A DNA stretch of 49,846 nt. Source: a virus. Lineage: Duplodnaviria > Caudoviricetes. Position 1 is the first letter of the stretch. Each line of letters opens with the position of its first letter. The notes below the pieces were generated by a model. The model was given only the letters and a program-made list of their open reading frames with translations. It had not been told where the DNA came from and searched no databases. Of this stretch, positions 36,565-47,392 are shown piece by piece. Location: positions 1 through 49,846 of the IMG/VR virus record IMGVR_UViG_3300017565_000008; one strand, written 5' to 3'. Both the position numbers and the translations under genes were made by a program.

Positions 36565-37470
36565 CTAGAAAAGTGTTAGAACGCTACTATTCTCTATAAC
36601 AGCATCTCTATGATTTTTTACGTTAAGATTAAAATAACTGTCTTTTAATTCAATGCTTATTGACTTTCTTCCCATTTTTAATGCTTGAAAACCCTCGCTA
36701 CCTATTCCGCCAAATGGACTAAACACAACTTCTCCATCGTTTGAGTATAAATGAAGTATTCTCTCAATAGTGTCTAATTGAAGAGGTGTAATATGCTTTT
36801 CATCATTACCATCTCTTCCACTCCTGTATTGAAGTGTTCTAGAATAATTTATATCATACCAAACAGGGGAAGCATATTTTTGCCACAAATCAACAGGGAG
36901 ATAATCTCCTTTTGTTGTGTCTGTATCTTGGTGGGTTATTGGTTTTTCATTTTCTCCATCGTTTCTGAAAAAAAGAACATAATCTGGAATACCTACCCTT
37001 GTCATTGAACTATCTTTTTTAATTGTTTTGTGAAGTAATCCTAATGCTTTAGTTCTTTGCATTTCTGTTACTGGATTCTTCCATATAGTAACCCTACTAT
37101 GATATATCAATCCAGCGTCTTGGTGCATCTTTATAATATCTCCGCTAAAATCACGAAGACCAATATATCCCTCTTTACCTTTTTGAATTGGTAAATCCAT
37201 ACAATGAACAGCTATTATTCTACCGGGTTTTACTATTCTTTTTATTTCTTTTATTAAAAACTCGTAGTGTGTTTTAAACTGACTATAATTAGCACTATTA
37301 TTCATGTCTTTTGGGTCGTCTGAATAAACATACAATTCAAAGAATGGTGGAGAATAAACACATATATCAGCTACATTATCTGGCAATCCCTGAGAAACTT
37401 CTACACAATCTCCGCAATACAATGCGTAATTATCTGTTACTACCTGATCTTTTAATACTACTTCTTTCAT
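36565..37470 (-). CDS. DNA methyltransferase (N4-C/N6-A, beta class)
   Basis: GDCVE, SPPF catalytic motif, KH.TPLQ and SPFGGIGSEG. Confidence 0.9.
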   Translation of the reverse strand: MKEVVLKDQVVTDNYALYCGDCVEVSQGLPDNVADICVYSPPFFELYVYSDDPKDMNNSANYSQFKTHYEFLIKEIKRIVKPGRIIAVHCMDLPIQKGKEGYIGLRDFSGDIIKMHQDAGLIYHSRVTIWKNPVTEMQRTKALGLLHKTIKKDSSMTRVGIPDYVLFFRNDGENEKPITHQDTDTTKGDYLPVDLWQKYASPVWYDINYSRTLQYRSGRDGNDEKHITPLQLDTIERILHLYSNDGEVVFSPFGGIGSEGFQALKMGRKSISIELKDSYFNLNVKNHRDAVIENSSVLTLF

Positions 37471-37471
37471 G

Positions 37472-38803
37472 TTAATTGAATTTTGGGGTTAAAATTTTAA
37501 CTTTTTTATATTCTCTTTGTGGTTTATTTTTTTTGTAATCTGATTCAGCAGAATATTTAGACATCTGCTTAATCATTTCAAAATGATTTTCTTGTTTTTC
37601 TAATATTGTTTTTCTTACATTAGCTTGGCTTGATGGTATCAGCAAATGTACGGTTACCTTATTCTTTTGACCGAATCTATAACAACGTCTAACTGCTTGA
37701 TAAAATTGTTCAAATTTAAAGTCATATGACATAAATATCATATTACTACAGTTCTGATAATTCATACCCATAGATGCTATTGAAGTTTTTGTTATTAACA
37801 CTCTAAATTCTTCATTAGCAAATCCATTAAGATGTTTAGCTTTAAATTCTGGTTTATCACTTCCTTGGACATTTATTGCATCAGGCAATAATTTATTTAA
37901 AGTATTTGTTTCATCATTAGATAACGCCCAAATTATATATTGACTATCATTTGAATTAACTATATCCAATGTTTTAGATATTCTGTCATCAAAGGACCTT
38001 CTTAAATCTTTATGCAAATCCGTAGCACTTACTGCTATATCTGAAAACAAAGTATTTGTATTATTATCAACATCTATAATATGTTCTATATATTCTATTT
38101 CCGGAAGGTTATATCCATCAGAATTAAAACCTAATGTTGATGGGTTATCAATAGCCATTGACCATGTTGCTATGTATTTCCAAAAATCATCTATAGCGTG
38201 TTTTCTTAGTCTCCATTTAGATGTTTCTCCACCATCATGAACAAAGTACATTGCTAGAATTTCTAAATATGTCATACCCCCTAAAAATTCACTATGCTGA
38301 CCTAATTCCATGTGATCGTTTGGTGACGGTGTTGCCGTACAAGATAGCTTATAAGGCGTGTTTTTGAAAGATGATATTATAAGTTGAGACAATTTACCAT
38401 CCCTACCCTTTAATATAGAGCTTTCATCTAGCACAACGCCTACATATTTAGACGTGTCTATGTTTTTTAATTGGTCATAATTCGTGATATCGAAAACATC
38501 TAAATCAATACCGAATTTAATAGATTCTCTTTTTGTTTGGTCGACAATAGCTAATGGAGCAAGTATAAGTACTTTTCCTCCTGTTTTATTACTTACTAAC
38601 CTTGACCACTCTAACATACAGAATGTTTTACCTAATCCGCAATCAAAAAAGAATGCGAATTTTCCTTTTTTAATAGCTGTTTTAACTCCATACTTTTGAA
38701 AGTCCTTAAGTAATGGGTTTAAATCACTTTCTTGAACATCGAAACCACTTTCTAAAAATGATTTCTTTTTGCTCTCTAAAAATTTTTCATAACTTATTTC
38801 CAT
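37472..38803 (-). CDS. SNF2-like helicase partner of the methylase
   Basis: DCGLGKT, LDESS, TATPSPND, GMNYQ and QAVRRCYRFGQ; start moved to MEISYEKF. Confidence 0.88.
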   Translation of the reverse strand: MEISYEKFLESKKKSFLESGFDVQESDLNPLLKDFQKYGVKTAIKKGKFAFFFDCGLGKTFCMLEWSRLVSNKTGGKVLILAPLAIVDQTKRESIKFGIDLDVFDITNYDQLKNIDTSKYVGVVLDESSILKGRDGKLSQLIISSFKNTPYKLSCTATPSPNDHMELGQHSEFLGGMTYLEILAMYFVHDGGETSKWRLRKHAIDDFWKYIATWSMAIDNPSTLGFNSDGYNLPEIEYIEHIIDVDNNTNTLFSDIAVSATDLHKDLRRSFDDRISKTLDIVNSNDSQYIIWALSNDETNTLNKLLPDAINVQGSDKPEFKAKHLNGFANEEFRVLITKTSIASMGMNYQNCSNMIFMSYDFKFEQFYQAVRRCYRFGQKNKVTVHLLIPSSQANVRKTILEKQENHFEMIKQMSKYSAESDYKKNKPQREYKKVKILTPKFN

Positions 38804-38948
38804 GACGCAAAGTAAAATAAAAGTTTTGATATATGCAAATAGTTTTTTAAATTTGTTGAACATTTATATAGCAACGGAAATTATTTTCACTTTTTTCTTG
38901 CATATATAAAACTAATAAACTACCTTTACATCATTAAACAAAAACATT

Positions 38949-39227
38949 ATGAAAGCAATACACAAATTCATACTCCCAATGAAGGAGGAATCAACAATTG
39001 AAATGCCTTACGGTTCAAAAATCATCAAAGGTGAAAACCAAGAGGGATTCGTTGCTATTTGGGCAATAGTAGACTTGGATGCGCCAAAGGTAGATCGTCA
39101 TTTTCGCCTTTATAAAACGGGGCAAAAGTTTGAATGTGGCGATGTTAACAAATTAGATTTTATAGGTCGTGCGGACATTCATGTAGGCATGGACTTAGGT
39201 ATGCACATTTTTGAATTACTACCATGA
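38949..39227 (+). CDS. Conserved phage hypothetical protein
   Basis: IHKF.L....IEMP.G..I...Q....IWA.VD...TG...H.FE. Confidence 0.7.
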   Translation: MKAIHKFILPMKEESTIEMPYGSKIIKGENQEGFVAIWAIVDLDAPKVDRHFRLYKTGQKFECGDVNKLDFIGRADIHVGMDLGMHIFELLP

Positions 39228-39862
39228 AAACATACGGAAGCGAACCAATCGAAACAGCATCAGATGTTATTGTCGATAATTCAGAAATGTATTTTTACCA
39301 ATATCTACCTATTCATATAGACAGAACAGGGTATGTAGCGATACCTAGACAGTTACTCCCATTAAGTGAGTTAGTTTGGAAGTGTATAGTAGATTTTAGA
39401 AAAAATGTGGATGAAAATTGGACTGATTACTATATTTATCTAACAGCCAAATGTCTTTATGTAAAAGGTGGCGAAAATCTTAATCGATTAGGTTGGCATT
39501 GTGATGGATTTATGACAGATGATATCAATTACATTTGGTGTGACTGCATACCGACTGAATACGTAACAGGAGAATTTCAACTTATTCAAGATCATGAAAA
39601 AAGTATTGATCAAATGAATAGATTATTATATCATTCTGAAACTCTTAAATGTAAGCCTAACAGTATCTATCGACTTGATGAGACAGTAATTCATCGTTGC
39701 GATTACAACCGATCAAAGCAAGCAGTATTAAGACACTTTGTTAAAGTTTCTTTCAGTAAAGAGAAGTACAACCTAAAAGGCAACTCACACAATTATTTAT
39801 TAGATTATGAATGGGAAATGAAAGATCGAGATACTAATAGGAACCATCCGATAAAAAAGTAA
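39224..39862 (+). CDS. 2OG-Fe(II) dioxygenase-like protein
   Basis: GWHCDG (HxD), distal IHR and R.F..VS. Confidence 0.65.
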   Translation: MKTYGSEPIETASDVIVDNSEMYFYQYLPIHIDRTGYVAIPRQLLPLSELVWKCIVDFRKNVDENWTDYYIYLTAKCLYVKGGENLNRLGWHCDGFMTDDINYIWCDCIPTEYVTGEFQLIQDHEKSIDQMNRLLYHSETLKCKPNSIYRLDETVIHRCDYNRSKQAVLRHFVKVSFSKEKYNLKGNSHNYLLDYEWEMKDRDTNRNHPIKK

Positions 39863-39923
39863 AATAAATTTGCATATATCACTTTAACTACTTATCTTTG
39901 ATTATTGAAACTTTAAAAAACAA

Positions 39924-40367
39924 ATGAAAATGGAAAAGCAAACAATTTACGGAATCGGCTACGACCTTGAGGTATTACAATTCAGTAACCACTCAAAAAG
40001 AACAGACGTTGAAATTATGGTAACCTGCGAAGAGGGTTCAGAATCATTTTGGATTGAGATTAAAAACTACGGCGAAGCATTCGACGACATCACGCCCGAT
40101 ATGATTGAGGACGAGAATCTTGTAGAAGCTGAACAATGGGTAAACGAAACTGTTATTGGATATATAGCATCAGAAGCCGCTAAGACTTGTGTTCGATTAT
40201 CAAGCCGTGAGTTTTATTACTCATTCAGCATCGGCACTATTAACGATTTACAATTAACGGTTATGTGCTTTGAAAAACAGGGTAACTATATTGGCAAACT
40301 TAATGGCTCGTGGTCGGTTAGTGGTGAAGGACAATCAAGGGAATTATTGAATAAATTAAATAAATAG
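39924..40367 (+). CDS. Hypothetical protein
   Basis: 147 aa; first gene after a TTTG-N20-TATCTTTG promoter. Confidence 0.65.
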   Translation: MKMEKQTIYGIGYDLEVLQFSNHSKRTDVEIMVTCEEGSESFWIEIKNYGEAFDDITPDMIEDENLVEAEQWVNETVIGYIASEAAKTCVRLSSREFYYSFSIGTINDLQLTVMCFEKQGNYIGKLNGSWSVSGEGQSRELLNKLNK

Positions 40368-40369
40368 AA

Positions 40370-40990
40370 ATGAGTAAAGAATTAGTAAAAAAGACTTTCT
40401 CTGATTTAATATCGTCAGAGAAAGTTATTAAAATGGCGAACCTTGACGAGTTTAATACACTTATCAATCAGAACCCGCCTGTAAAATGGATCAAAACCAA
40501 CCCATACGCAAACAACTCAAAGTATTTACCTATTGATAAGGTTGAGTTATTGTTAAGAAAGATTTATAAAGACGTTGATATTGAGGTATTACGAGAGGGT
40601 GTTATGTTCAATGCCTTGTATGTAACAGTTCGTATTCATTATACACATCCCGTAACAGGTGAGAAAGGATTTAAGGACGGTACAGGCGCAAAACAGATTC
40701 AGACAAAGAAAGGCTCATCGCCAAGCGATATGGCTAACATCAATAATAATGCTGTTGAAATGGCACTCCCGATAGCTAAGACAAACGCAATCAAGGATGC
40801 TACACATACATTAGGACGTATTTTCGGAGGTGATCTTAACCGTAAGGATGTTTTAGAGGAAAAACTCGACGAAACACTTCAAAATAAAAAATGGGAAGTA
40901 GAGCGTGAGCGTATTCTAATTGCAATCGAAAACGGACACAAACCAACAGATGAAGAAGTTGAATATTACAAATTAGATGAAACAGTTTAA
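40370..40990 (+). CDS. Sak/Rad52-like single-strand annealing protein
   Basis: YLPI.KVE.LL...DG.GA...A.P.A.T.A.KDA...GR.FG.DLNR; next to exonuclease and SSB. Confidence 0.7.
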   Translation: MSKELVKKTFSDLISSEKVIKMANLDEFNTLINQNPPVKWIKTNPYANNSKYLPIDKVELLLRKIYKDVDIEVLREGVMFNALYVTVRIHYTHPVTGEKGFKDGTGAKQIQTKKGSSPSDMANINNNAVEMALPIAKTNAIKDATHTLGRIFGGDLNRKDVLEEKLDETLQNKKWEVERERILIAIENGHKPTDEEVEYYKLDETV

Positions 40991-41693
40991 AATTAGATGT
41001 TCTGCTATATCGGATATTATGGCAGAACCACGATTAAAAAGCGAAACTCTATCGCAAGGTGCAAAAACATATGTAGAAAAGTGGGTTAAGCAAAATATGT
41101 TCGGCAGGCGTGAGCAGATAAACTCAAAGTATATATCTAAGGGATTAGAAACGGAAGAGCAAGGATTGAATCTTATTACGCAAGTTCTAAAACTTGGATT
41201 CTTTACAAAGAACGAAGAACGCAAAGAGGATGACTACAAAACAGGAGAAATCGACTTTTTAGAAAAAGGGGTAATTTACGATAACAAGGCTTCATTCAGT
41301 ATTGAAACATTCCCTTTGTTCGGTAAATCACTTGACGTTAAATATTACGCACAGATGCAGGGTTATCTCGATCTTTGGAGGTTAGAAAAAGGAAAGGTTT
41401 GCTACACATTGGTAAATACACCTTTCGATATTCTAAAGCGTGAGTTACGATGGATTGAGGATGATAACGAAAAGCAACAAACGGCACTTAACCACATTTT
41501 TACTGAAAAGTATTGGAAAGAAGTAAGAGCTGAATTATTCCCAAATGCAAAACCTATTAAATTTCAGTCAATCGAAGATAAATACCGTGTTAAGGTATTC
41601 GAGGTTATTAGGGATGACGAGTATATCAATAAAATAAACATTAAGGTTAAACTTTGTAATGAATATGCTCAAGAATTATTAGTAAATTTGTAA
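40977..41693 (+). CDS. YqaJ/lambda-exonuclease-like nuclease
   Basis: IRCS, KG.E.E, TGE.D, D.K.S and YY.QMQGY..L. Confidence 0.8.
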   Translation: MKQFKIRCSAISDIMAEPRLKSETLSQGAKTYVEKWVKQNMFGRREQINSKYISKGLETEEQGLNLITQVLKLGFFTKNEERKEDDYKTGEIDFLEKGVIYDNKASFSIETFPLFGKSLDVKYYAQMQGYLDLWRLEKGKVCYTLVNTPFDILKRELRWIEDDNEKQQTALNHIFTEKYWKEVRAELFPNAKPIKFQSIEDKYRVKVFEVIRDDEYINKINIKVKLCNEYAQELLVNL

Positions 41694-41715
41694 ACACTTT
41701 AAATAACATAATAAA

Positions 41716-42063
41716 ATGGCAAACATTTCAACAAGATTAAATCTTTTAGCTATTCCAGGAGCAGTTAAAACAGAATTAGACGGTAAAGGCGGTAAAAAGG
41801 TTGCAGCAGTTGTTATCCCAATTGAATACGCAAATCTTTACAACGGAGAAAAAGGCGTTTATTTAGACCTTATCGGTTTTGACCTAAAGAACCCACAAGC
41901 AGACCGAAAAGACACACACTTGGTAAAACAATCATTACCAAAAGAAAAGCAAACCGATGATATGCCAATTTTAGGCAGTCATACAGCTTGGGGTCAGAAG
42001 TCTGAAAAGGTAGAAGTTGCGCAAGTTGTTGATGATAGTTGGGATGATGATTTACCATTTTAG
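41716..42063 (+). CDS. ssb: Single-stranded DNA-binding protein (Bacteroidota phage type)
   Basis: Acidic tail DDDLPF; THLVKQSLPKE...PILG. Confidence 0.75.
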   Translation: MANISTRLNLLAIPGAVKTELDGKGGKKVAAVVIPIEYANLYNGEKGVYLDLIGFDLKNPQADRKDTHLVKQSLPKEKQTDDMPILGSHTAWGQKSEKVEVAQVVDDSWDDDLPF

Positions 42064-42065
42064 TC

Positions 42066-42293
42066 ATGAGCAAGGAAATAAAATTAAACTTTACTAATCT
42101 ACTCACAACAATAAACGTTTACGGAACTAATCAAAAGGAGTTTCACCAAAAATGCTTTCAAGAAGTATTAAACAATTGGTTTAACAATCATATTGCACTT
42201 AGAATAGATGTAAACGGGGGTAGATTAGAATTTACAGGGATAAAAGAAACAGATACTCATTTAATTTTAAGATATAGATATAGGGAGGTTTAA
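42066..42293 (+). CDS. Hypothetical protein
   Basis: 75 aa; followed by a GGAGG/CCTCC hairpin and T-run. Confidence 0.55.
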   Translation: MSKEIKLNFTNLLTTINVYGTNQKEFHQKCFQEVLNNWFNNHIALRIDVNGGRLEFTGIKETDTHLILRYRYREV

Positions 42294-42312
42294 CAGCCTC
42301 CTTTTTTAAACT

Positions 42313-43989
42313 ATGAACCACCTGCAAAATATTAAACACACTTTATTTCCGTATCAAGAACGTGACATGAATAATGTCATTGAAGCGTTGCAACACAATA
42401 GAAAGATATGCTTTGTTGCACAAACCTCGTATGGCAAAACGTTCTCGTTCTGCACGGTTTCTAAGTGGTACAATCAAACTTATAATAAAAAAGTTGTTAT
42501 ACTGTGTCATCGGGAAGAACTCGTGCATCAGGCGACTAAGACCTGTATATCATTAGGTATGACAGTAGAAAAGGTTATGCCAGGTGTTAACCGTTACCAT
42601 CATTGCGCGGATGTCTATATTGGTATGGAAATGACGATACACAACAAGTTAAAGAAAAATCCTAATTTTTTCAAAGACTTAGGTATGATTGTTATTGATG
42701 AAGTACACGACGGTCACTTTGATAAACATATTGAACAATTTACAACGCAAAAAATATTGGGTTTTACAGCGACGCCTATTCGTGAAAAAAGATTGACCTA
42801 CTTTAAATGCCCTCGTTGCAAATCGGTATCAAATGAGTTAGACGATTGTTGCGGATTCGAGATGGAGGAATGGTCAAAGCCGTTTTCTATGTCGTTATTA
42901 TTCGATGACATTGTAATCGGCGCTAGTACTGACGAGCTTATTGAGTTTGGTAGTATCGTTAAGGATATAAACTTTGTTGAGCATTTCACAGATTTAACCG
43001 ACTTAAAAACCGATTCAACAGGCGAGTTTACAACCGAAAGCCAAAACGCTGTATTCGCTAAAAAAGATGCTGTATTTAATTGTCTATTGAATTACGAAAA
43101 CATCTGCAAAGGCAAAAAGACAATTATATTCAATCCATCAGCTAAAGTAAACAAAATGATTTACGAGCAGTTCAAAGAAGCTGGGTACAACATCAAGCTG
43201 TACGATTCTGTCAATGAAACAGAAATGTCACGCAAGGAAACTGTAAAATGGTTTGAGGAAAACGACGACGCAATTTTATGTAACGTTGCTTGCTTCACTA
43301 CTGGATTCGATTCTCGTGAGGTACAAGCCGTTATTTTAAATAGGGCAATAGGTACGCTTAGTTTATTCTTGCAGTGCGTAGGGCGTGGCGCAAGATCATC
43401 TAATAGCATTTATAAGGACTCGTTTATCGTTATTGACGGAGGCGGTAATATTGAACGCCATAATACATGGTCATCTCCGCGTGATTGGGTAAAAATATTC
43501 AATGAAGGAATCGGTAAGGATCGTGCCAAAAAGGAAACACCACTATCAGTTGCGGAGTGTGAAGATTGCGGATTTTTGTTTGCCCGTAGCGAATCGACTT
43601 GCCCGAATTGCGGTCACGTTACACCGACAAAACAAAAGCCTGAACGTCAACCAGGTGAAACGATATTAACGCCTATTGATAATATACCACTACCTAACGG
43701 TAAGAAGATAGCTACTTACGTGTTGAGTAAAGGCGGCGACATTCACATGGCGTTCAAAGTAATGTATGAACAAATACTCGACTTATTCCGTTTAAATCTC
43801 GTTTCTAAAGAACAATACCTAAACAATAAAAACGATGGCAGGTTGGCTAAAAGATTTGGCGAGATTATAAGACCAGTATACTTCGCATTGCTTAACACGC
43901 CTGAGTTTCCTAAGGATAGTAACAGGACATTGAAATATGTTACAAAAAAAACAATTGAGAAACTTGATCGTTACTATGGGCTATCTTAA
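42313..43989 (+). CDS. SF2 DExH helicase with Zn-ribbon (RadD/YejH-like)
   Basis: TSYGKT, DEVH, TATP, TTGFD, Q.VGRG.R and CxxC...CxxC. Confidence 0.9.
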   Translation: MNHLQNIKHTLFPYQERDMNNVIEALQHNRKICFVAQTSYGKTFSFCTVSKWYNQTYNKKVVILCHREELVHQATKTCISLGMTVEKVMPGVNRYHHCADVYIGMEMTIHNKLKKNPNFFKDLGMIVIDEVHDGHFDKHIEQFTTQKILGFTATPIREKRLTYFKCPRCKSVSNELDDCCGFEMEEWSKPFSMSLLFDDIVIGASTDELIEFGSIVKDINFVEHFTDLTDLKTDSTGEFTTESQNAVFAKKDAVFNCLLNYENICKGKKTIIFNPSAKVNKMIYEQFKEAGYNIKLYDSVNETEMSRKETVKWFEENDDAILCNVACFTTGFDSREVQAVILNRAIGTLSLFLQCVGRGARSSNSIYKDSFIVIDGGGNIERHNTWSSPRDWVKIFNEGIGKDRAKKETPLSVAECEDCGFLFARSESTCPNCGHVTPTKQKPERQPGETILTPIDNIPLPNGKKIATYVLSKGGDIHMAFKVMYEQILDLFRLNLVSKEQYLNNKNDGRLAKRFGEIIRPVYFALLNTPEFPKDSNRTLKYVTKKTIEKLDRYYGLS

Positions 43990-44167
43990 AATCTCAGAAC
44001 TATTCAAGTTATTGAGCGATGCAGAACCATATAGCGAAGAATACTACAGAATAATTCGTGTTATTGATTGTGAGCTTGACGGAATATCCTGGGATACAAG
44101 AGTGACAGAAGCTAAAAAAGACAAAGGACGCATCGAAAACTCCAAACAATACAAACTATTTTTATAA
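43976..44167 (+). CDS. Hypothetical protein
   Basis: Likely start MGYLKISEL; followed by a terminator. Confidence 0.5.
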   Translation: MGYLKISELFKLLSDAEPYSEEYYRIIRVIDCELDGISWDTRVTEAKKDKGRIENSKQYKLFL

Positions 44168-44192
44168 GTCAGGCGATAAAACCTGACTTTTT
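44165..44192 (+). terminator. Intrinsic terminator
   Basis: AAGTCAGG/CCTGACTT stem plus T-run. Confidence 0.75.
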
Positions 44193-44251
44193 TGTTTGTT
44201 TTTATGATTATAGTTTAGTATATTTGTATTTCACTTTAATAATTTTATAAT

Positions 44252-44470
44252 ATGGTTTTATTTATTCAAAACAAAAAGTACATGGATTATATCTTAGAGG
44301 ATAATTCAAAAAGTGTACACAAAGAGGCGTTTAACATACTCAGAGAGCAAACGCTATCAAATTCAAAAGTTCCTTTTCACATTTCTACGGAATACTGTGT
44401 ATTCACGCTTGTTAAGTGTGATATTGAAAAAGATTTATTTGTTTACGAATTTAACGGTACTCACGGATAA
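44252..44470 (+). CDS. Hypothetical protein
   Basis: Follows TATATTTG at about 44219. Confidence 0.55.
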   Translation: MVLFIQNKKYMDYILEDNSKSVHKEAFNILREQTLSNSKVPFHISTEYCVFTLVKCDIEKDLFVYEFNGTHG

Positions 44471-44476
44471 GGAATT

Positions 44477-46687
44477 ATGTCAAAATTAAAAGAATATACA
44501 ACCAGTCTTTACGCGAATCAATCCGAAAAGACTAACAAAACTATTGACCTCGACAATTATGTCGGGATGATTCAGTACGGCGCAAATCAAGACGCTGTTA
44601 TAAACGGTAGAAACGCAAAACAACGTGGCGACGAAGAAACATACAAGCGCATCAAGTCCCAATCTATGTGCGTTACTCCTGTTGGAACTATCCCTAATGG
44701 CGAATCTAAGACAGAGCAGAACTTAACGCCTGTTGGTATAGTGTGTATTGATATTGATACTGAGTTAACATCAGAGCAGGAACACGCTATATACAACGAC
44801 CAATACACCTTTATAGTTCATAAATCTTTTGGTGGTGACGGTTATTGCGTTTTCGTAAAGATTGATCCGTTAAAAGCTAAGGATGCTTATGATGCTGTAT
44901 CTAAGTACTACTATGACACGTACGACATTAGCACGGATAAGGCTTGTAAGAACATCAACAGGCTTCGCTATGTAAGTTACGACCCGGATATTTTGGTGGT
45001 CGATAATAGCAAGAAGTTTAACGTTAAAGTAGATAAGAAAGATCAAGCCCCTAAGCAAGTTCAGTACGTTTATACTCAATCAGACCTTGACTCGATACTA
45101 AGCCAGATTCGTGATAGACATATCGACCTTTGTCAAGAGGATTATTACCGTTACGTTCGTATTGGTCTCGCATTCGCTTCGGAGTTCGGTGAGTCAGGAC
45201 GTGACAACTTTCATTTCGTTTGCTCATTCGGTTCAAAGTACAATAAAAAAAACACCGATAAGGACTATAACGGATTCTTAAAAAAAGGTGCAGGCTTATG
45301 TACTATCGGTACGTTCTACTATTATTGTAAAGAAGCAGGTATTGATATTTATAGTGAGCGTACACGTCAGATTATCAACCGAGTTAACATATCTAAGATG
45401 CAAGGCGGTGCGACTGTTGAGTCGGTGTCCTCAAATCTTGCAATAGTAACAGGAACGGAAGCAAACGAAGAGGAACGTGCGCTCATAGCTAAGTTAATAA
45501 ACGACAAAACCGACTATACGAAACTCGCTAACGACGAACTAACAGAAATCGAGCAACTAGCTAACTTTATAGTAGACGCATATAATCCAGAATATGACGA
45601 AATTATAAACAAGAAGCTTATTAATGGTAAGATTATGGACGACACTAATATTGATGACATATACCTTGCTTGTAAAAAGAACTTCGATTTTAATGTCAAT
45701 AAAAACGACATACGTTCTATTCTAAATTCAAGCTATCTAAAGCGCAAGAACATACTAAAAGACTTTATCCGAGATAACGAGCATTTAGACACCGATGGTC
45801 ACATTCAGCAATACGTAGATTGCATATATCCTCAAAGCGAATACAATAGATGGGCTTTCACTAAATGGATGGTCGGTACTATGCATAATTGGTTCTGTTC
45901 ACACGATGACCCTGAGGCTAGTCCGCTCACATTGGTTCTTACAGGCAACAAACACGGTTCGGGTAAAACGTCGTTCTGTCGTCACGTACTTCCAAAGGAG
46001 TTATCACGTTATATTATTCAGTCCAAGCTATCAGATAACAAGGATGCTAAATTTCGTTTAGGTCAGTCGCTTATCGTTTTCGATGACGAGTTCGGTGGTA
46101 AAGCGTTCAAAGACGATAAAGAATATAAAGAGCTTTCAAACTTGACGTATATCACCGACCGTAAATCATACGGATATGAAGATACAACGCTAAGACGACG
46201 TGCATCTCTTATGGCCACAACTAACGAGATGGATATTATAAAAGACCCGACAGGTAATAGGCGTATTCTACCTATAAAAGTAGAAAGCACCGATTATGAC
46301 GCTATGGTTGCTATGGATAAAACACCTATGATTATGGAGGCTTATCGTCTATACAAAGAGGGTTACGATTGGCGAATATATAAAGAAGAAGAACAGCAGT
46401 ATATATATGAAAATACCACATCGAACCAAGCAGTAAACGCAATGGAAGAGGTATTTTTCAATTACTTCTCTTTAGATATGAATTTCGAGCATAACACAGA
46501 AGTAGTAATGAATCAAGGCGAGGTATTGCAATATCTTACTAAGCATTCGGGTCTAAAACCGACAAAGTTCGACGTAAAAGAAATCTTCACTAAGAATAAA
46601 TTTGAGTATAAATCCCATAAAGTCAACGGAAGAGTCAAAAGCGGTGTTAAATTGTACATGTCAGGAAGTGAAGCTGTACCGTTCTAG
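44477..46687 (+). CDS. Primase-helicase (BT4734-like primase N-domain, PriCT-2, VirE/VapE P-loop helicase)
   Basis: IDID, S.GGDG, DKACKNINRLRYVSYDP; Y....IG.A; G..HGSGKT, DDE and DPTGNRR. Confidence 0.88.
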   Translation: MSKLKEYTTSLYANQSEKTNKTIDLDNYVGMIQYGANQDAVINGRNAKQRGDEETYKRIKSQSMCVTPVGTIPNGESKTEQNLTPVGIVCIDIDTELTSEQEHAIYNDQYTFIVHKSFGGDGYCVFVKIDPLKAKDAYDAVSKYYYDTYDISTDKACKNINRLRYVSYDPDILVVDNSKKFNVKVDKKDQAPKQVQYVYTQSDLDSILSQIRDRHIDLCQEDYYRYVRIGLAFASEFGESGRDNFHFVCSFGSKYNKKNTDKDYNGFLKKGAGLCTIGTFYYYCKEAGIDIYSERTRQIINRVNISKMQGGATVESVSSNLAIVTGTEANEEERALIAKLINDKTDYTKLANDELTEIEQLANFIVDAYNPEYDEIINKKLINGKIMDDTNIDDIYLACKKNFDFNVNKNDIRSILNSSYLKRKNILKDFIRDNEHLDTDGHIQQYVDCIYPQSEYNRWAFTKWMVGTMHNWFCSHDDPEASPLTLVLTGNKHGSGKTSFCRHVLPKELSRYIIQSKLSDNKDAKFRLGQSLIVFDDEFGGKAFKDDKEYKELSNLTYITDRKSYGYEDTTLRRRASLMATTNEMDIIKDPTGNRRILPIKVESTDYDAMVAMDKTPMIMEAYRLYKEGYDWRIYKEEEQQYIYENTTSNQAVNAMEEVFFNYFSLDMNFEHNTEVVMNQGEVLQYLTKHSGLKPTKFDVKEIFTKNKFEYKSHKVNGRVKSGVKLYMSGSEAVPF

Positions 46688-46706
46688 TTATTCAAATAAG
46701 ACAGAA

Positions 46707-46952
46707 AGTAATCTAAGGTAATCTGAGGTAAGTTACCAACAAATTACCTTTTTTTGAACTTTTACAAACTCATAACTATCTAATAATAATATATATATAT
46801 AATTTATTTAATATATATATTTAATAAGGTAATCTAGTAACTTGTAAAAAGAGTAAAAAGTATAAATAAAAATAAAAATAAAAATTAGGAAAAAGTAAAG
46901 AGTATATTATATAAAGTCAAAAAACTATAAAATACTAGATTACCGATTACCT
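46707..46952. other. Putative replication origin (element A)
   Basis: Non-coding, directly after the primase-helicase; 10-bp-spaced (G)GTAA repeats, TTACC, (TA)n core, GGTAATCTAGTAA and TTACCGATTACC. Confidence 0.7.
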
Positions 46953-46966
46953 CTAAACAAAAAAAC

Positions 46967-47392
46967 ATGAAAAGAAAATCTGAATCCGCTCTGCAATCGC
47001 AATGCTACGTCTACTTCAACAACACGTACTGCCTTAAGAATCATAACCCGCGTTTGATATGGTTTCTAGTTCCAAATGAAATCGCATCGGTTGTAGGTGG
47101 TGTATTTCAAATCATGGGTGTTTCAAACAACATCATAACGAAAGCCGTTAGCATGATTGTTGATGGTATGAAACGGATAGGTTTCTTAGCAGGAGTTAGC
47201 GATAATATTATACTTGCGGATAATGGGCGTACATTCTTAGTGGAGTTCAAACTACCTGGAAACAACCAACAACCTAACCAAGTCGAGTTCCAACAACGAG
47301 CAGAGTCGTTAGGGCATACTTATGTTGTGATTAAAAGCATAGATCAGTTTAAAGAGTTTTGTACAAAAGAATTTAATAATGAAAGCAAATAG
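46967..47392 (+). CDS. VRR-NUC nuclease
   Basis: SESALQ, VPNE, G..AGVSD, VEFK and Q.EFQ. Confidence 0.85.
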   Translation: MKRKSESALQSQCYVYFNNTYCLKNHNPRLIWFLVPNEIASVVGGVFQIMGVSNNIITKAVSMIVDGMKRIGFLAGVSDNIILADNGRTFLVEFKLPGNNQQPNQVEFQQRAESLGHTYVVIKSIDQFKEFCTKEFNNESK

